A stretch of 64,000 nt of DNA, taken from the NCBI GenBank assembly GCA_052426225.1, contig JBNJNM010000013.1:1426001-1490000 (forward strand), given 5' to 3'. Position numbers and translations under genes: made by a program. The stretch comes from Zancudomyces culisetae HAW-14-8. Lineage: Eukaryota > Fungi > Kickxellomycota. Shown piece after piece: positions 1 to 10,731 of the stretch (positions are counted from its first letter, which is position 1; the number at the start of each line of letters is the position of its first letter). The notes under the pieces are model-generated. The model was not told the DNA's origin and made no database searches. It was given only the letters and a program-made list of their open reading frames with translations.

Positions 1-238
1 CTTGTAATAGCATTCTGAGTTCAGGGTAGAGCTTAAGATCGTATGTGGCTGGTCTTTCGACCACATACTGAACCTCGGGGACCATCTCAGCGTCTTCTGA
101 GGCTGGAACCGGTGCCATAGCGATATCCGGGCCTCTTTCGACGCTGGATAATCTGGTTTCCAATAATTTAATCTGCTCAGTAAGCTGCAATACCCATTGT
201 GGTGGCATATCTGTATAGTTTCCTTCATTGTTAGTCAT
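1..238 (-). CDS. 5' part of an ORF running off the window (MTNNEGNYTDMPPQWVLQLTEQIKLLETRL...RPATYDLKLYPELRMLLQ); probable retroelement ORF1/gag-like protein
   Basis: Open frame from ATG at 238 to the window edge, GC-richer than its flank. Resemblance to repetitive hypothetical proteins of Harpellales fungi is from memory only. Confidence 0.4.
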   Translation of the reverse strand, partial: MTNNEGNYTDMPPQWVLQLTEQIKLLETRLSSVERGPDIAMAPVPASEDAEMVPEVQYVVERPATYDLKLYPELRMLLQ

Positions 239-716
239 ACTATGTAGTTCTACTGCCTGTATATTGCTTGGATTTTTTGTAAAAAATACTTTTTTTAAGA
301 CCTATATAGTAATGATCAGCAAATTTTTCTGAACAGAATGGTATAGTTTATACTTTTGCCTTAAATTTTAGTTTTTTTGTTTATTTTTTGGTTTGATCAA
401 TTTCAATATTATAATGTCTAAGATATCGATTTTTAATAGAGTAATTACTTGTATTTGATTTCAAATTTGCTTCAATTTGTTGTTCGGTTAATACCTGAGA
501 AAAAAAATAAGATAAGAATTACATAACAAGTACAATAGTCAGATTGATAAGTATTTGTGAAAAATTTTCATGCAAAAAATTTTTTCAAAATTTAACTCAT
601 TTTATTAGCATAAAATTAGCGAATCAAATTCTATTCTAGAATTTGGTGAGTATTTTCCAAATGTAATAAAGATGGCATACACACATCAAGCGTATTTTTC
701 CGATTGAAGTACAATA

Positions 717-2147
717 TAAACTGTATTTGTATTGGTTAAAAATTCAAAATGAAATTATACATTGAAAATTTTTTTATAATGAGACTATTTTGGGATTGTA
801 TAAAAAAATACTTTAAAATTCTGTCACTTTCCTTTAGACTTGATAACTGCCTCAACGGTTTTGGACATACTATCTATTAGACCAAGTATTGTTTCCACTG
901 AAATTTAATTCCATTCCGATTCTATTCGCTCCCATAATTCGATCATCCTGAACGGAGGTTTACTGTATCTATTTAGGCGTCTTTTGATGATTGCCCATAT
1001 AGTTTCGATTGGGTTTAATCTGGAGATTGTGGCGGCCAGTCCAATGTATTATATTTCTGGTTTTCAAGCCAGCTGGTAACTAACTTTGCGGTATGTTTAG
1101 GATCATTGTCATGTTGAAATATTATTGACTTGGGATCCAACTTGTAGTACTTATTGTATTGCTAAGCTCGTCTTTTAAAATGTTTAAATAACCTTCGTTG
1201 TTTAACATTCCTTCTATTAGTCATATGTAGCCAGTTTCAAATGCTGTGATGCAACCCCAAATCAACAGTAATCTTAAACTGTGTTTTACGGTCTGGTTAA
1301 TATTTTGCGGCTGTAGACTGACACCATCACGAACCCAATTCCATTCATTTCCATCAGATCCAAATCGATTGATTTTAGTTTCGTCGGACCAAATTACTCG
1401 TCGCCAATCATCAGTAGTCCAGTGGCGATGAGATTTTGCGAATCTCAGCTTTTTTGCAATATTTTTAAGGCTCAGTTTCGGTTTGGAGGTTTTTTTTTTT
1501 GCAACGGCTTTTAAATCATTAAAAGCCCTATATATTGTAGACTTACTAGCACTAACAATATTATCCATTTCTAACTTCTTTTGTATCGAAGTAGCAGATC
1601 GATACTCTCCAGATAATATCATCCTAGTACATATTCGCTTGCTTTGGGGTGAAAGCTTCGCTGGACGACCGCGTTTATTAGCCGGTATATTGATATTCAT
1701 TGCTGCTTTAAATCTGTATATTGTTGCTTTACTAACATCATGTTATATAATGATTTGGTCAATGCTTCTGCCTTCAAGTATCGCGTTTTTTATATCCAGT
1801 TTACGTTGTTCAGATATCATTTTTTAAAAAATTTTTAGTTAAATTAGTATTATGCTATTATATATTATTAATTGTAAAAGTTTTAAAAATTTAATAATTT
1901 AATTCATAAAGTTATGATAGTTTAAATTTTTTTTTTGAAAAATTCCCAACATTGTCTCATTTTTAAAATTTTTTCAATTATATTTTCATATGAATTTTTA
2001 ACTAATAAAAATACATTTTTATAAAATTAAGAATATCAATTGTGCATTATATAATATAAAAAATATCTAATTTCATGATATTATTGAGCGAGATATTACA
2101 CTTTGAAAATTATTATCAATATTTTGAGACATTTTTGGAACTCACCG
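717..2147 (-). mobile_element. Tc1-like (DD34E) DNA transposon, family 1 copy 1, 3'-truncated, transposase disrupted
   Basis: Transposase motifs GRP, WSDETK, QHDNDPKH, SPDLNPIE; one TIR ending GAACTCACCG at 2147 followed by TA; stop/frameshift after ...ETGYI (ORF 1221-1700); other TIR missing. Confidence 0.9.
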
Positions 2148-2364
2148 TATTTATTATATCACAAGACAGTTAATTTAATTTTGTCTTGTGTTTTTGGAGT
2201 CTGATGGGAAATATAATTAAAGATATTATACTCCTCGTCGGTTTCGAGATGTTTCAATCTGGCATATATAACACGGCCGTCAATGAAAACATCTCACTCC
2301 AGTATTTTAAATTCATTATTATTTATTAAGATAGCACGATGTAGTGTCCAAATGCAATCACCTC

Positions 2365-3009
2365 TGTTAAGACTTGAATATTTTAAGATTAAATTATTTA
2401 ATACTATTATTTTATTTAGAAAAATATGGTAATCAATAGTGAAGAAGATATTTTTCTCTGAAGTTCTCTTTCGATGGATTTCGAAAAGGTTTTTATACTT
2501 TTACTCCAGAGATTTTTTTTTCATATAAAATTTTCTTAAGTAAAGTTGCTATCAAACTATAAAATTTGACTATTAAACTTATGAGTAACTGATGTGATTA
2601 ACTACCGTGAGTTTAGTGTGTCAATGATTGCGTCATTCATGTTATCCTGACGATTCTTTGAATTATTAGTTTCGGAATTCTTTCTAGGTTTCTTATTTCC
2701 TAAAATGGTCTGTGAATATTATTATAACAAATTTCATCGCGAACTTTTTTTTTACTTGACTTGGTTAGATTAATTTAATTAATTTGTACTTAGTTACATT
2801 TAATTAATTTGTACTTAGTTACATTTAATTAATTTGTACTTAGTTACATTATAGTAATTTGTACTTATTTACATTTAATTAATTTGTACTTAGTTACATT
2901 ATAGTAATTTGTATATGGTTACAATTTATTTTTGTAACCTATTTGATTTGGTCATGGAGAATTATAATAAACATGAATTTATTTAATTTATTTTAAACAA
3001 TTCCTAACA
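2365..3009 (-). mobile_element. Solo LTR inserted in the LINE endonuclease
   Basis: TGTTA...TAACA termini, 5-bp TSD ACCTC; near-identical inverted copy at 60747-61311. Confidence 0.9.
2775..2925. repeat. About six tandem copies of a 25-26 bp unit (AATTTGTACTTAGTTACATTTAATT) inside the solo LTR
   Basis: Visible tandem repeat; only about three units in the 60747-61311 copy. Confidence 0.85.
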
Positions 3010-4386
3010 ACCTCCCAATTGGGATGACCAGAACTGCTCATCTTCAGGAACAAAATTATCTACCTGAAGACAAATTATGTCTGAGTTAGACATAAATTTT
3101 AAAAATTTAAATGCTTCGGACCGTTTTTGAGGTCTCCGTATACCCTTAATATTAAAAGTTAAAAATTTAATCATAGATTATTAAATGAAATAATACCTTA
3201 ACAATCCAAATTCATATTTGATGAATTAGATTGTTTTTTTTTACCTGTTGCTGTAGGATTTGGTGATCCCACTGTACCTGGCACCGTCCTACTTCTCAAC
3301 ACCCTATCAGTAATAATTGGGTGTCCTGGAAAAGCAATTTTTTGAGTAATATTACTCTTTATCGCTTTTCCAGGATTATTTGAAGCCTGACTGACTGGAT
3401 CTTGATTGCCTGAAATATTTTCAGGTATATCAACCTGATACTGAGTCAATTGGGGAGTGGACTCTTGGGTATCAGTAGGATCTGCGGTCCCAATTTCATC
3501 GACCACCATCCCGTTTCCCTCTGACTGTTCCTCCTCAATTTGAGGTTGCTCAACCTACAGTTGAGCAGAAACAGTCGAAATCTCAGGACCATTCTTGATT
3601 TCCTTATTTCTTTCTTGCTTTTCCAGCTCACGAGCAATAGCAATTTCCGCTTCAATTGTTTTTTCAATCTCGGCATCCTTTGCTTTCTGAGACTGCTCTA
3701 GCTCCCTATTTATTTTTTTCTGAGCTTTGGAAAGATTGTTATTAGATTTATCGCCAGTAATTAGTTTTAATTTTTTATTTATGTTATTATAGTAACTAAA
3801 TTTATAATTTTTTTTAGATTTATTTAGCTTTAACTCTGAGCAATCTGACTTCCAGTGTTCCAAGCTTGAGCAGAAGGTACAGATTTTTGAGCACCCTAGA
3901 AAAACCATAGGGATTTTTCGCTCTTCGATCACCAAGCTAGTTTGGGATCTCGATATCTGCACTCTTCTTTACAAACAGGATCCTCATGTCGAATGGCGCC
4001 ACTTCAAAACATTCAGTTGATTTCCAAGCACCAATCTCTTTAATCTCACCTAGCGGTGCAAAAACTCTATTGGCTTCCTCAACGACCGCTTTAATGTGGG
4101 CACCCTAAAGTCAGGGATGTGAATGAACGTAAGCTTCTCTCCATAGCTTATTATCTGAAAAAAGCTGAGCTTTTTCCCGGCATGTTCAATCTCACTTTTC
4201 AGCAAAAGATTTGCATCTTCAATGCTGTGAAAGGTGAAGTACGCAATTCCTGCGCCGTTATAAATATACAAATTGAATAAGGTGTCACCTAGAGAGTTGG
4301 TGATGATTCGGATTCCAGCTTCCTGGTCCGCACCAAGGGAGTGAAGGTTAATCCCGATTTTTAAGTCGGAGCCCCCCTTGCAGTTC

Positions 4387-5000
4387 TGTTATGAATAGTG
4401 CCAATCACAATTATTAATTAATAAATTTATAACATTTTTTTAAATGAATTAAACTTATTATGCTAGATAAATAAATATTTACATAAATTATAGTTATAAT
4501 TTTATATTTTTTAATATATTTAGTTCAAGAAAATGAATAAATATAACGGGCAATAACTTGATATTCTTATACTGTCGATTATTTGCATTTCTACGTTGAT
4601 AAAATTTGTACTAAAAAATGTTAATAAAAATTATACATGTTAATATATACATCCTAGTTTGAAACGATTCTAATCGTAATTACAAAAGTTATCATATATT
4701 TTGTATAATTTTGTTCATAAAAAAATTATTTTGATTTATAGTATAAGGTTAATATTCAATAGTGTATAATTGACTAACTTTATATTATAATTTTTAAATA
4801 ATAATATATCACAAATTAATATATACGAATAAAAAATATTAAATATATTAAATATTGAGTTATCTAGTCTCGTACACGGTAGTAAGCTAAAACAATCAAG
4901 GAATTTTTTAAGTCAATTATATAAAAGCTAATATACCGAAATCTGTAGGAAAACCTATTCCACTCGGAAAGTAAAAACCTAGGATTTCGTCATATAACTA
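4387..5000. mobile_element. Probable LTR remnant(s) cutting the LINE; right boundary uncertain
   Basis: Abrupt switch to AT-rich DNA at TGTTATGAATA, the same start as the LTR at 41428; U-rich-loop hairpin at 4937-4989. Confidence 0.35.
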
Positions 5001-5140
5001 TAATAATAAAACTAAATTTTTAATATTAGAGATAATGTTTTCCATATTAACAAGTAATAGTAATAAATTTAGTACTATTCCAAACTGGGATATTGTTATA
5101 AAAACAGATGATATTTTTATCCGATGTATTTTTCAAAAAA

Positions 5141-5430
5141 TGTGACGGCTGAGTTTTGTATGGCACTGTATATCAGATAAGCTCAGATCGCGGATCACTT
5201 AAGTTATGATTGCCGAAATAGAAAGATTAATATATTTTATTAATATTATAAGAATACTAATATTCTAAGTAAACTAATTGTATCAAGTGCTAACTGTAAT
5301 TAATATATATAATATAATACTTAAACGTAAAGTCTATTCTGTTAAGAAAGGCTAAAGATGTACTTTTTCGTTGTTCACGCTCGTTTTAATCACAGATCGT
5401 TCTGACATTCAAACTAGATTTATATAGTTA
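5141..5430. repeat. Dispersed repeat, diverged copy at about 43771-44060
   Basis: Shared GGCTGAGTTT(T)GTAT.GCACTGTATAT..CAGATAAGCTCAGATCGCGGATCAC and downstream blocks. Confidence 0.7.
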
Positions 5431-5564
5431 AAATATTTTTGATCTCGCTATGCTTAATTGAGGTTATTTTTTCTAAGGAATAGCAATGATTATCTAGTAA
5501 AAAGTATGTAGGCGTTATACTAAAATAACAATAACTGTATAAAATATTATTAAAAATAAATTCA

Positions 5565-5645
5565 TGGGACGTAAGTGACTCGAACACTTAACCTTCCGCT
5601 TACCTCAGTTGGAGACGGACGCGCTACCAATTGCGCCAACACCCC
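5565..5645 (-). tRNA. tRNA-Trp (CCA) with an 8-nt intron
   Basis: GGGGTGT/ACGTCCC acceptor stem, D arm TGGCGCAATTGGTAGCGC, anticodon arm TCCGT-CTCCAA[CTGAGGTA]A-GCGGA, T arm AAGTG-TTCGAGT-CACTT, T-run downstream. Confidence 0.9.
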
Positions 5646-6069
5646 AGTGTCGTGTGTAATATTATTTTAAATATGTTTGCCTTTTTAGGGGCTTTGTACT
5701 CAACTCCGAACTCTATCGCACTTGTATAGTTTTTATCCTACACCCTTGCTAATAGTTCGTTTTCTGAAGTTAGTACAGTCGTAATTTTTGTATATCTTAT
5801 TTTTGTTTTATTTATATTTTCTTCTTCAAAACTGTGTATAAATTATATATATCTTTTGTTATCTCTAAAACTAATTATAAAACTTTTCCTGATAACGACT
5901 AACCTGTTATCAAGGATAGAAATTGGATAAAACCCTCCATAGGGAGAAAAGTCCAATCTCCAATGAAATAAATATGATAAAATAAATATGATAAACTAAA
6001 TATGATAAATAAACTGCCAATCAAAGCTAGAAGGTATGAACTATCATTAATTATATGACAGTTACCCCC

Positions 6070-9000
6070 CTACCAGATTGGACTTATTCCTGAATTAGTC
6101 TTGAAACGATACAACTTAGTTTTCAGTGGACCTGACACCTCTGGGATCATGTATCGACTGTGCTGATATGCCTTTAGTAAGTCCCCATTGATTAAGTCCC
6201 GATTACCAACATTATCTGAAATAATATAAGCGCCTTTGGATAATACATTCTCAACTTTGTAGGGGCCCTCCCAGACTTCTTCTAGCTTACTAACGGTCTG
6301 TTCTACCCGTTTCAATACCAGATCTCCTGTCTTGAACGCTGATACTTTTACCGTCTTATTATAAACCTCCTTATCCTTTTCCTTAGCCGCTATATTGTTA
6401 GTAGCACTCGCTGTTCGCATCTCTGGTAAATCAGTAGTTATGGCTCTAATTCGCTCCTGAATAGCGAGGTCTAAATCGTCTGCGTCAGGTGGGGGTGCCC
6501 ACACACTAGGTGTAACGATCTGCATTCCGTAGAGTAATTCTGATGGACTGAATTTGGTCGACTTATTCCTCATAGTTCGGATGGCCAATAGGGCCTTCCA
6601 AATATACTTGTCCCACTGTTCTTTATCGGCCCTGCATTGTCTCACCAAAGCGTTTTTAAGCGTTTGGTTCAGTCTCTCCACTTGCCCATTGGACTGTGGA
6701 CGATATGGAGTTGTGGGTGTATGCCTAATCCCTAAGTATTTGTACACCTGCTCTGCTAGATCGCTAACGAATCCAGATCCCCGATCCGTGATAATCTGGT
6801 TTGGAACGCCAAAAACTTGCATAATCGGATTGATTGGTCCGATAGCATCTAGGCCGAATATTCCAAACGGTTTTTGAGCAAATATTGGATTCAAGTTGTT
6901 TCTCCTAGTCCTTCCTCCCCGGAACCGTTGGCACGTTTCGCATTCATTGACTACTTTCTTCACTGTTTCATATAATCCTTCGCCTGTAAATTTCTCCTTA
7001 GCCTTTATCCATGTGTTTTCGATTCCTAGATGTGCTTCTTCATGAATCTTTTGTATAGTTTCTTCTATATTCTTTTCATGAAGTACCTCCTTCACTTGAC
7101 CTTTGATTATACGACTTAGCTTATCATTCCTGATCACGTACTTCTTTGCCTTGTTTCTTAACTTCATCCTAAAATTATCATCGGCACCTCGAGGATACTC
7201 ATGCGTGTTTAAATAGTTAGTTATAGCAGAATAGTATAAGAAATCCAATGACATTATATCCAATAGTTCAGGCTTATCTATTTCGTTTCCTCCAGGTAAT
7301 CTGGATAGGGCATCGGCCGGGTTCTTCTTGCCAGGGCAGTGCTCGATAGTATACTCATATGTCCTTAGTATCATCGCCCACCTGGCGACTCGTCCTGTGA
7401 TATCCTTACCATTAAACAACTGTAGGAGTGATTTATGATCAGTCCTAATTACAAAATGTTTTCCCCATAAATACTGTCTCAGCTTCTTGACAGCCCACAC
7501 CACGGCTAGGCCTTCCAAGTGTGCTACTGAGTAATTGCGTTCATGCGGATTTAGTATTCTGCTTAGGTAACAAATGGGTTTCTCACCATCATCAAAAGTT
7601 TGTGAGAGAATGGCGCCTATCCCAACCACCGACGCATCTGTTGTCACCACAAACTCCTTCATCCAGTCCGGATGAGCTAATACCGGAGCCATACTCAGTT
7701 TCAATTTTAGATCTTCGACTGCCTTTTGTTGTTCCTCACCCCAGTTCCAATGGGTGTTTTTCTTCAATAGCTTCAATAATGGTGACACAACCCTCGCATA
7801 GTTTTCTACAAACTTGCGGTAATAGCCCGTGAGTCCAAGAAAGGACTGTAACTCCTTTACATTATTGGGAATGCTTGCAGTTTGTATTGCCTTAATTTTA
7901 TCTGTACTAGTTTCGATTCCTTCTCCAGAGACTGTGTGTCCTAAATAAGTTATGCTGCGCATACCTAGCCTACACTTATCTGCGTGCAACTGAATCTTGT
8001 GTTTTCTTAGCAATTCGAGAACCTCCCTTACATCGACTATATGCTGATCAATAGTTCTTGAATACACCACAATGTCGTCAATGAAGACAACCGTGGTCTT
8101 CCACAGCACTGGGGCTAGAGCCTGCTCCATCATTCGCTGGAAGGAAGCAGGACTGTTGGTGAGCCCGAATGGCATCACGTTATAACAGTATGTGCCACTC
8201 CCAGGAATAGCAAATGCAGTCTTGCTACGGTCCTCTGATGCCATGGGTATCTGCCAAAACCCACTGAGCGCATCAAAGGAACTGAATACCGTAGCGCCCG
8301 CCAAAGCCATGAATATATCCTCTATGGTAGGTAATGGGTAGGAGTCTTTTCGCGTGATTTGATTAAGCTTCCTGTAGTCGGCACAGATGCGCAACCGACC
8401 ATCCTTCTTCCATACGGTCACAACAGGAGAGCACCATTCAGAAGTACATGGTGATATCACTCCGTTGTTTTCCATGACACGCAGTTCTTCTCTTACTTTC
8501 TCATACAGGTGAAACGGAATCCTGTAAGGCCGCTGCTTTATTGGCCTTTCTGACGTTAGTTCTATTCTATGCTGGGTTACATCAGTTTGTGTCAACTGGC
8601 TAATGTCCTTGATGAATAAATCCTCGTTATCAGCAACCAACTCCTGTATCCTTGGATCCTGACATTGCTCCTCCTCTAGTTTCAATTGGTTTGGTGCCAT
8701 TACTAAGTAAACCTCTGCTTCCTCCCACTCATCCTCATCTGTAACTGACCTTATATAAAGCGGTGATATCAGCATGCGGTTGCCTATGGGTAAGCTCAAT
8801 TGACTCTTCAACAAATCTATAGTTGCTCTATTCCTGTACAACCAATCTGTGCCTAGAATCAAGATATCCTCTTTTCTGTCCATGATCGTGAGTGTAGCGG
8901 CAAATGTATAATTTCCTATCTGTATTGGCACCTCCTTAATCGTGCCCAACGGAGCATGCCGCTTTCCGTCAGCCGTTACTATGACCTGCCCATCAGTGCT

Positions 9001-10380
9001 TTCGGCTACTAGTCCCCATCTATAAGCCAACCTGGGGGTGGCCACGGAGCATGCAGCTCCAGTGTCAACAATTGCCCAGATCTTTTGACTGAAGACTCTC
9101 ACCTCAACCTTGCAACTTGTGGTTCTTTCTGATTTTACCTGTAATTCATTAAGCTCAGTCTTGCGTACTTTCTTAACCATCTGTCCCATATCTTGTGATA
9201 AGTGTGGTGCGGCTTGTATAAGCTGGGGTAAGCTGATATGCGGGTAGTAGTTCATAAGATCCGCAGTTAAATTAAATGGCTCCACACCCTCTGTTATCTT
9301 TGGTATGAGTTTGTTCCTTTGCTTTGACCCCTCTGTGCTTATAGCCACCTTTTCAGTACTAAACTGGTTTCCTGTTGTAACATTCACGCCCGCCGGCTCC
9401 ACTTTCATATCCTCTACTTCCTGTCCATGCACAACTGGTACAGGTTTAACTTGCATCGGCTTCCTGCCACTAATGGTACCATTGTACGCATACGGCTTTG
9501 AACTATCTCTACCTTTGCTGCCTCGGTTCACTGCAAATAACTCCGTGTCTTCTATCTCTGGCGTTTTTATCTCCATGTAGTTGACACTACTGTCTTTCCT
9601 TTTGTCTCTGTTTGGGCATTCTGGTGACTTATGTCCTTCTTGCCCACACGTGAAACACTTGATTGGTCCTCTGGTAAAGTTCTGAATTCGTGGACGGCGA
9701 CTCTCTCGTAATCTGTTCTCTACCATCTCATCCACTTTTGTCAACAGATTAACACTCCACTCCTCCATTTTCTTCAGCATCACCTCATATCCTAAGTTCT
9801 CCTGCGTCATGTCACTTATTGGTCTGCCTGAATGAGGTAGCTGAATGCGCGGTTTTGTCTGCTTCTGTATGATATCTTTTTCTACCAAAACCGTTTTTTT
9901 CTGTCCAGCATGCTGTTGCTCGTCTTTGCTCAGTAACTCCACAATGTTTGACCAACTTTCCATACCTGAATCCCTAACTCTTACTCTGTTTTCAGCTGTC
10001 AGCGTGCTGAGTAACCAGTTAGTTTTCTGGCTCTCCTCTGTAATTTTTGCTTTTTCCAACACCTCCTCCAACTCGTACTCTAGCTCCTCTATCGACTCAA
10101 AATCCTCTTGACGCAATGATTTCAACTTTTCTACGTACTTCAAACTCTGATCTTTTGGCCCAAACTTTGTAACAAACAGTTTTGTGAATTCTTCCCAGGT
10201 GGTGAAGTTTGCCTTACATTTCTTGTACCATATTGCCTCACGTTTGCCCAAATATAGCTGCACAAAATCGATCCAGTCATTAGGATCCCACTTATTTAAC
10301 TTGGCGATGATACGGTATCTTTCAACCCACTCGCTGGGGTCTGTCCCGCTGGACGTCTCAAATATTTCTGGCTTATTCAT
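6070..10380 (-). CDS. Single-frame Gag-Pol polyprotein (CCHC, protease, RT, RNase H, integrase with internal deletion)
   Basis: CFTCGQEGHKSPEC, AIVDTGA, VVFIDD, TDAS, ITDRG...QVERLN, WEGPYKV. Confidence 0.95.
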   Translation of the reverse strand: MNKPEIFETSSGTDPSEWVERYRIIAKLNKWDPNDWIDFVQLYLGKREAIWYKKCKANFTTWEEFTKLFVTKFGPKDQSLKYVEKLKSLRQEDFESIEELEYELEEVLEKAKITEESQKTNWLLSTLTAENRVRVRDSGMESWSNIVELLSKDEQQHAGQKKTVLVEKDIIQKQTKPRIQLPHSGRPISDMTQENLGYEVMLKKMEEWSVNLLTKVDEMVENRLRESRRPRIQNFTRGPIKCFTCGQEGHKSPECPNRDKRKDSSVNYMEIKTPEIEDTELFAVNRGSKGRDSSKPYAYNGTISGRKPMQVKPVPVVHGQEVEDMKVEPAGVNVTTGNQFSTEKVAISTEGSKQRNKLIPKITEGVEPFNLTADLMNYYPHISLPQLIQAAPHLSQDMGQMVKKVRKTELNELQVKSERTTSCKVEVRVFSQKIWAIVDTGAACSVATPRLAYRWGLVAESTDGQVIVTADGKRHAPLGTIKEVPIQIGNYTFAATLTIMDRKEDILILGTDWLYRNRATIDLLKSQLSLPIGNRMLISPLYIRSVTDEDEWEEAEVYLVMAPNQLKLEEEQCQDPRIQELVADNEDLFIKDISQLTQTDVTQHRIELTSERPIKQRPYRIPFHLYEKVREELRVMENNGVISPCTSEWCSPVVTVWKKDGRLRICADYRKLNQITRKDSYPLPTIEDIFMALAGATVFSSFDALSGFWQIPMASEDRSKTAFAIPGSGTYCYNVMPFGLTNSPASFQRMMEQALAPVLWKTTVVFIDDIVVYSRTIDQHIVDVREVLELLRKHKIQLHADKCRLGMRSITYLGHTVSGEGIETSTDKIKAIQTASIPNNVKELQSFLGLTGYYRKFVENYARVVSPLLKLLKKNTHWNWGEEQQKAVEDLKLKLSMAPVLAHPDWMKEFVVTTDASVVGIGAILSQTFDDGEKPICYLSRILNPHERNYSVAHLEGLAVVWAVKKLRQYLWGKHFVIRTDHKSLLQLFNGKDITGRVARWAMILRTYEYTIEHCPGKKNPADALSRLPGGNEIDKPELLDIMSLDFLYYSAITNYLNTHEYPRGADDNFRMKLRNKAKKYVIRNDKLSRIIKGQVKEVLHEKNIEETIQKIHEEAHLGIENTWIKAKEKFTGEGLYETVKKVVNECETCQRFRGGRTRRNNLNPIFAQKPFGIFGLDAIGPINPIMQVFGVPNQIITDRGSGFVSDLAEQVYKYLGIRHTPTTPYRPQSNGQVERLNQTLKNALVRQCRADKEQWDKYIWKALLAIRTMRNKSTKFSPSELLYGMQIVTPSVWAPPPDADDLDLAIQERIRAITTDLPEMRTASATNNIAAKEKDKEVYNKTVKVSAFKTGDLVLKRVEQTVSKLEEVWEGPYKVENVLSKGAYIISDNVGNRDLINGDLLKAYQHSRYMIPEVSGPLKTKLYRFKTNSGISPIW

Positions 10381-10469
10381 TCCTATTCCTAACTTTCACT
10401 TCACTGTTGTGGTGCTAACGCTGTTTAGCCTAACTATTTTTCACTAACCTATACTCTTGCTGGCCTTAT

Positions 10470-10487
10470 GCCTAGCTGGGAGCGCCA
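10470..10487 (-). promoter_or_regulatory. Primer binding site of element B (tRNA-type, possibly Asn)
   Basis: TGGCGCTCCCAGCTAGGC 2 nt after the 5' LTR, complementary to a tRNA 3' end ...GGGAGCG-CCA. The tRNA identity is inferred. Confidence 0.7.
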
Positions 10488-10731
10488 ATTGTAATATTAT
10501 TTTAAATATCTTTGCCTTTTTAGGGGCCTTGTACTCAACTCCGAACTCTATCGCACTTGTATAGTTTTTATCCTACACCCTTGCTAATAGTTCGTTTTAT
10601 GAAGTTAGTACTCTTGTAATTTTGTATCTCGTATTTTTCTTTTATTTTCTTTTCTTCTTCAAAACTGTGTATAAATTATATATATCTTTTGTTATCTCTA
10701 AAACTAATTATAAAACTTTTCCTGATAACGA

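Larger units (their letters stand above)
2150..4386 (-). mobile_element. Degraded L1/Tx1-like non-LTR retrotransposon: fragmented ORF1 (zinc knuckle) plus start of ORF2 (APE endonuclease)
   Basis: ORF1 pieces 4050-4271, 3555-3962 (CTFCSSLEHWKSDC), 3198-3509. ORF2 starts at ATG 3174 with MIKFLTFNIKGIRRPQKR...DIICLQ and resumes after the solo LTR with ...DGRVIYARL. Confidence 0.8.

Noticed and set aside
5896-6072. Possible UAG read-through adding an env-like transmembrane tail to B Gag-Pol (TAG GGG GGT AAC TGT CAT... is in frame)
   Set aside because: One-in-three chance of frame, no equivalent seen in Z or W, and the similarity to LTR F is better explained by the ENE-like RNA motif.
6554-10447. 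Antisense or alternate-frame ORFs overlapping gag-pol and transposase genes throughout the window
   Set aside because: Shadow ORFs with no recognisable motifs; conserved only where the parent elements are near-identical.
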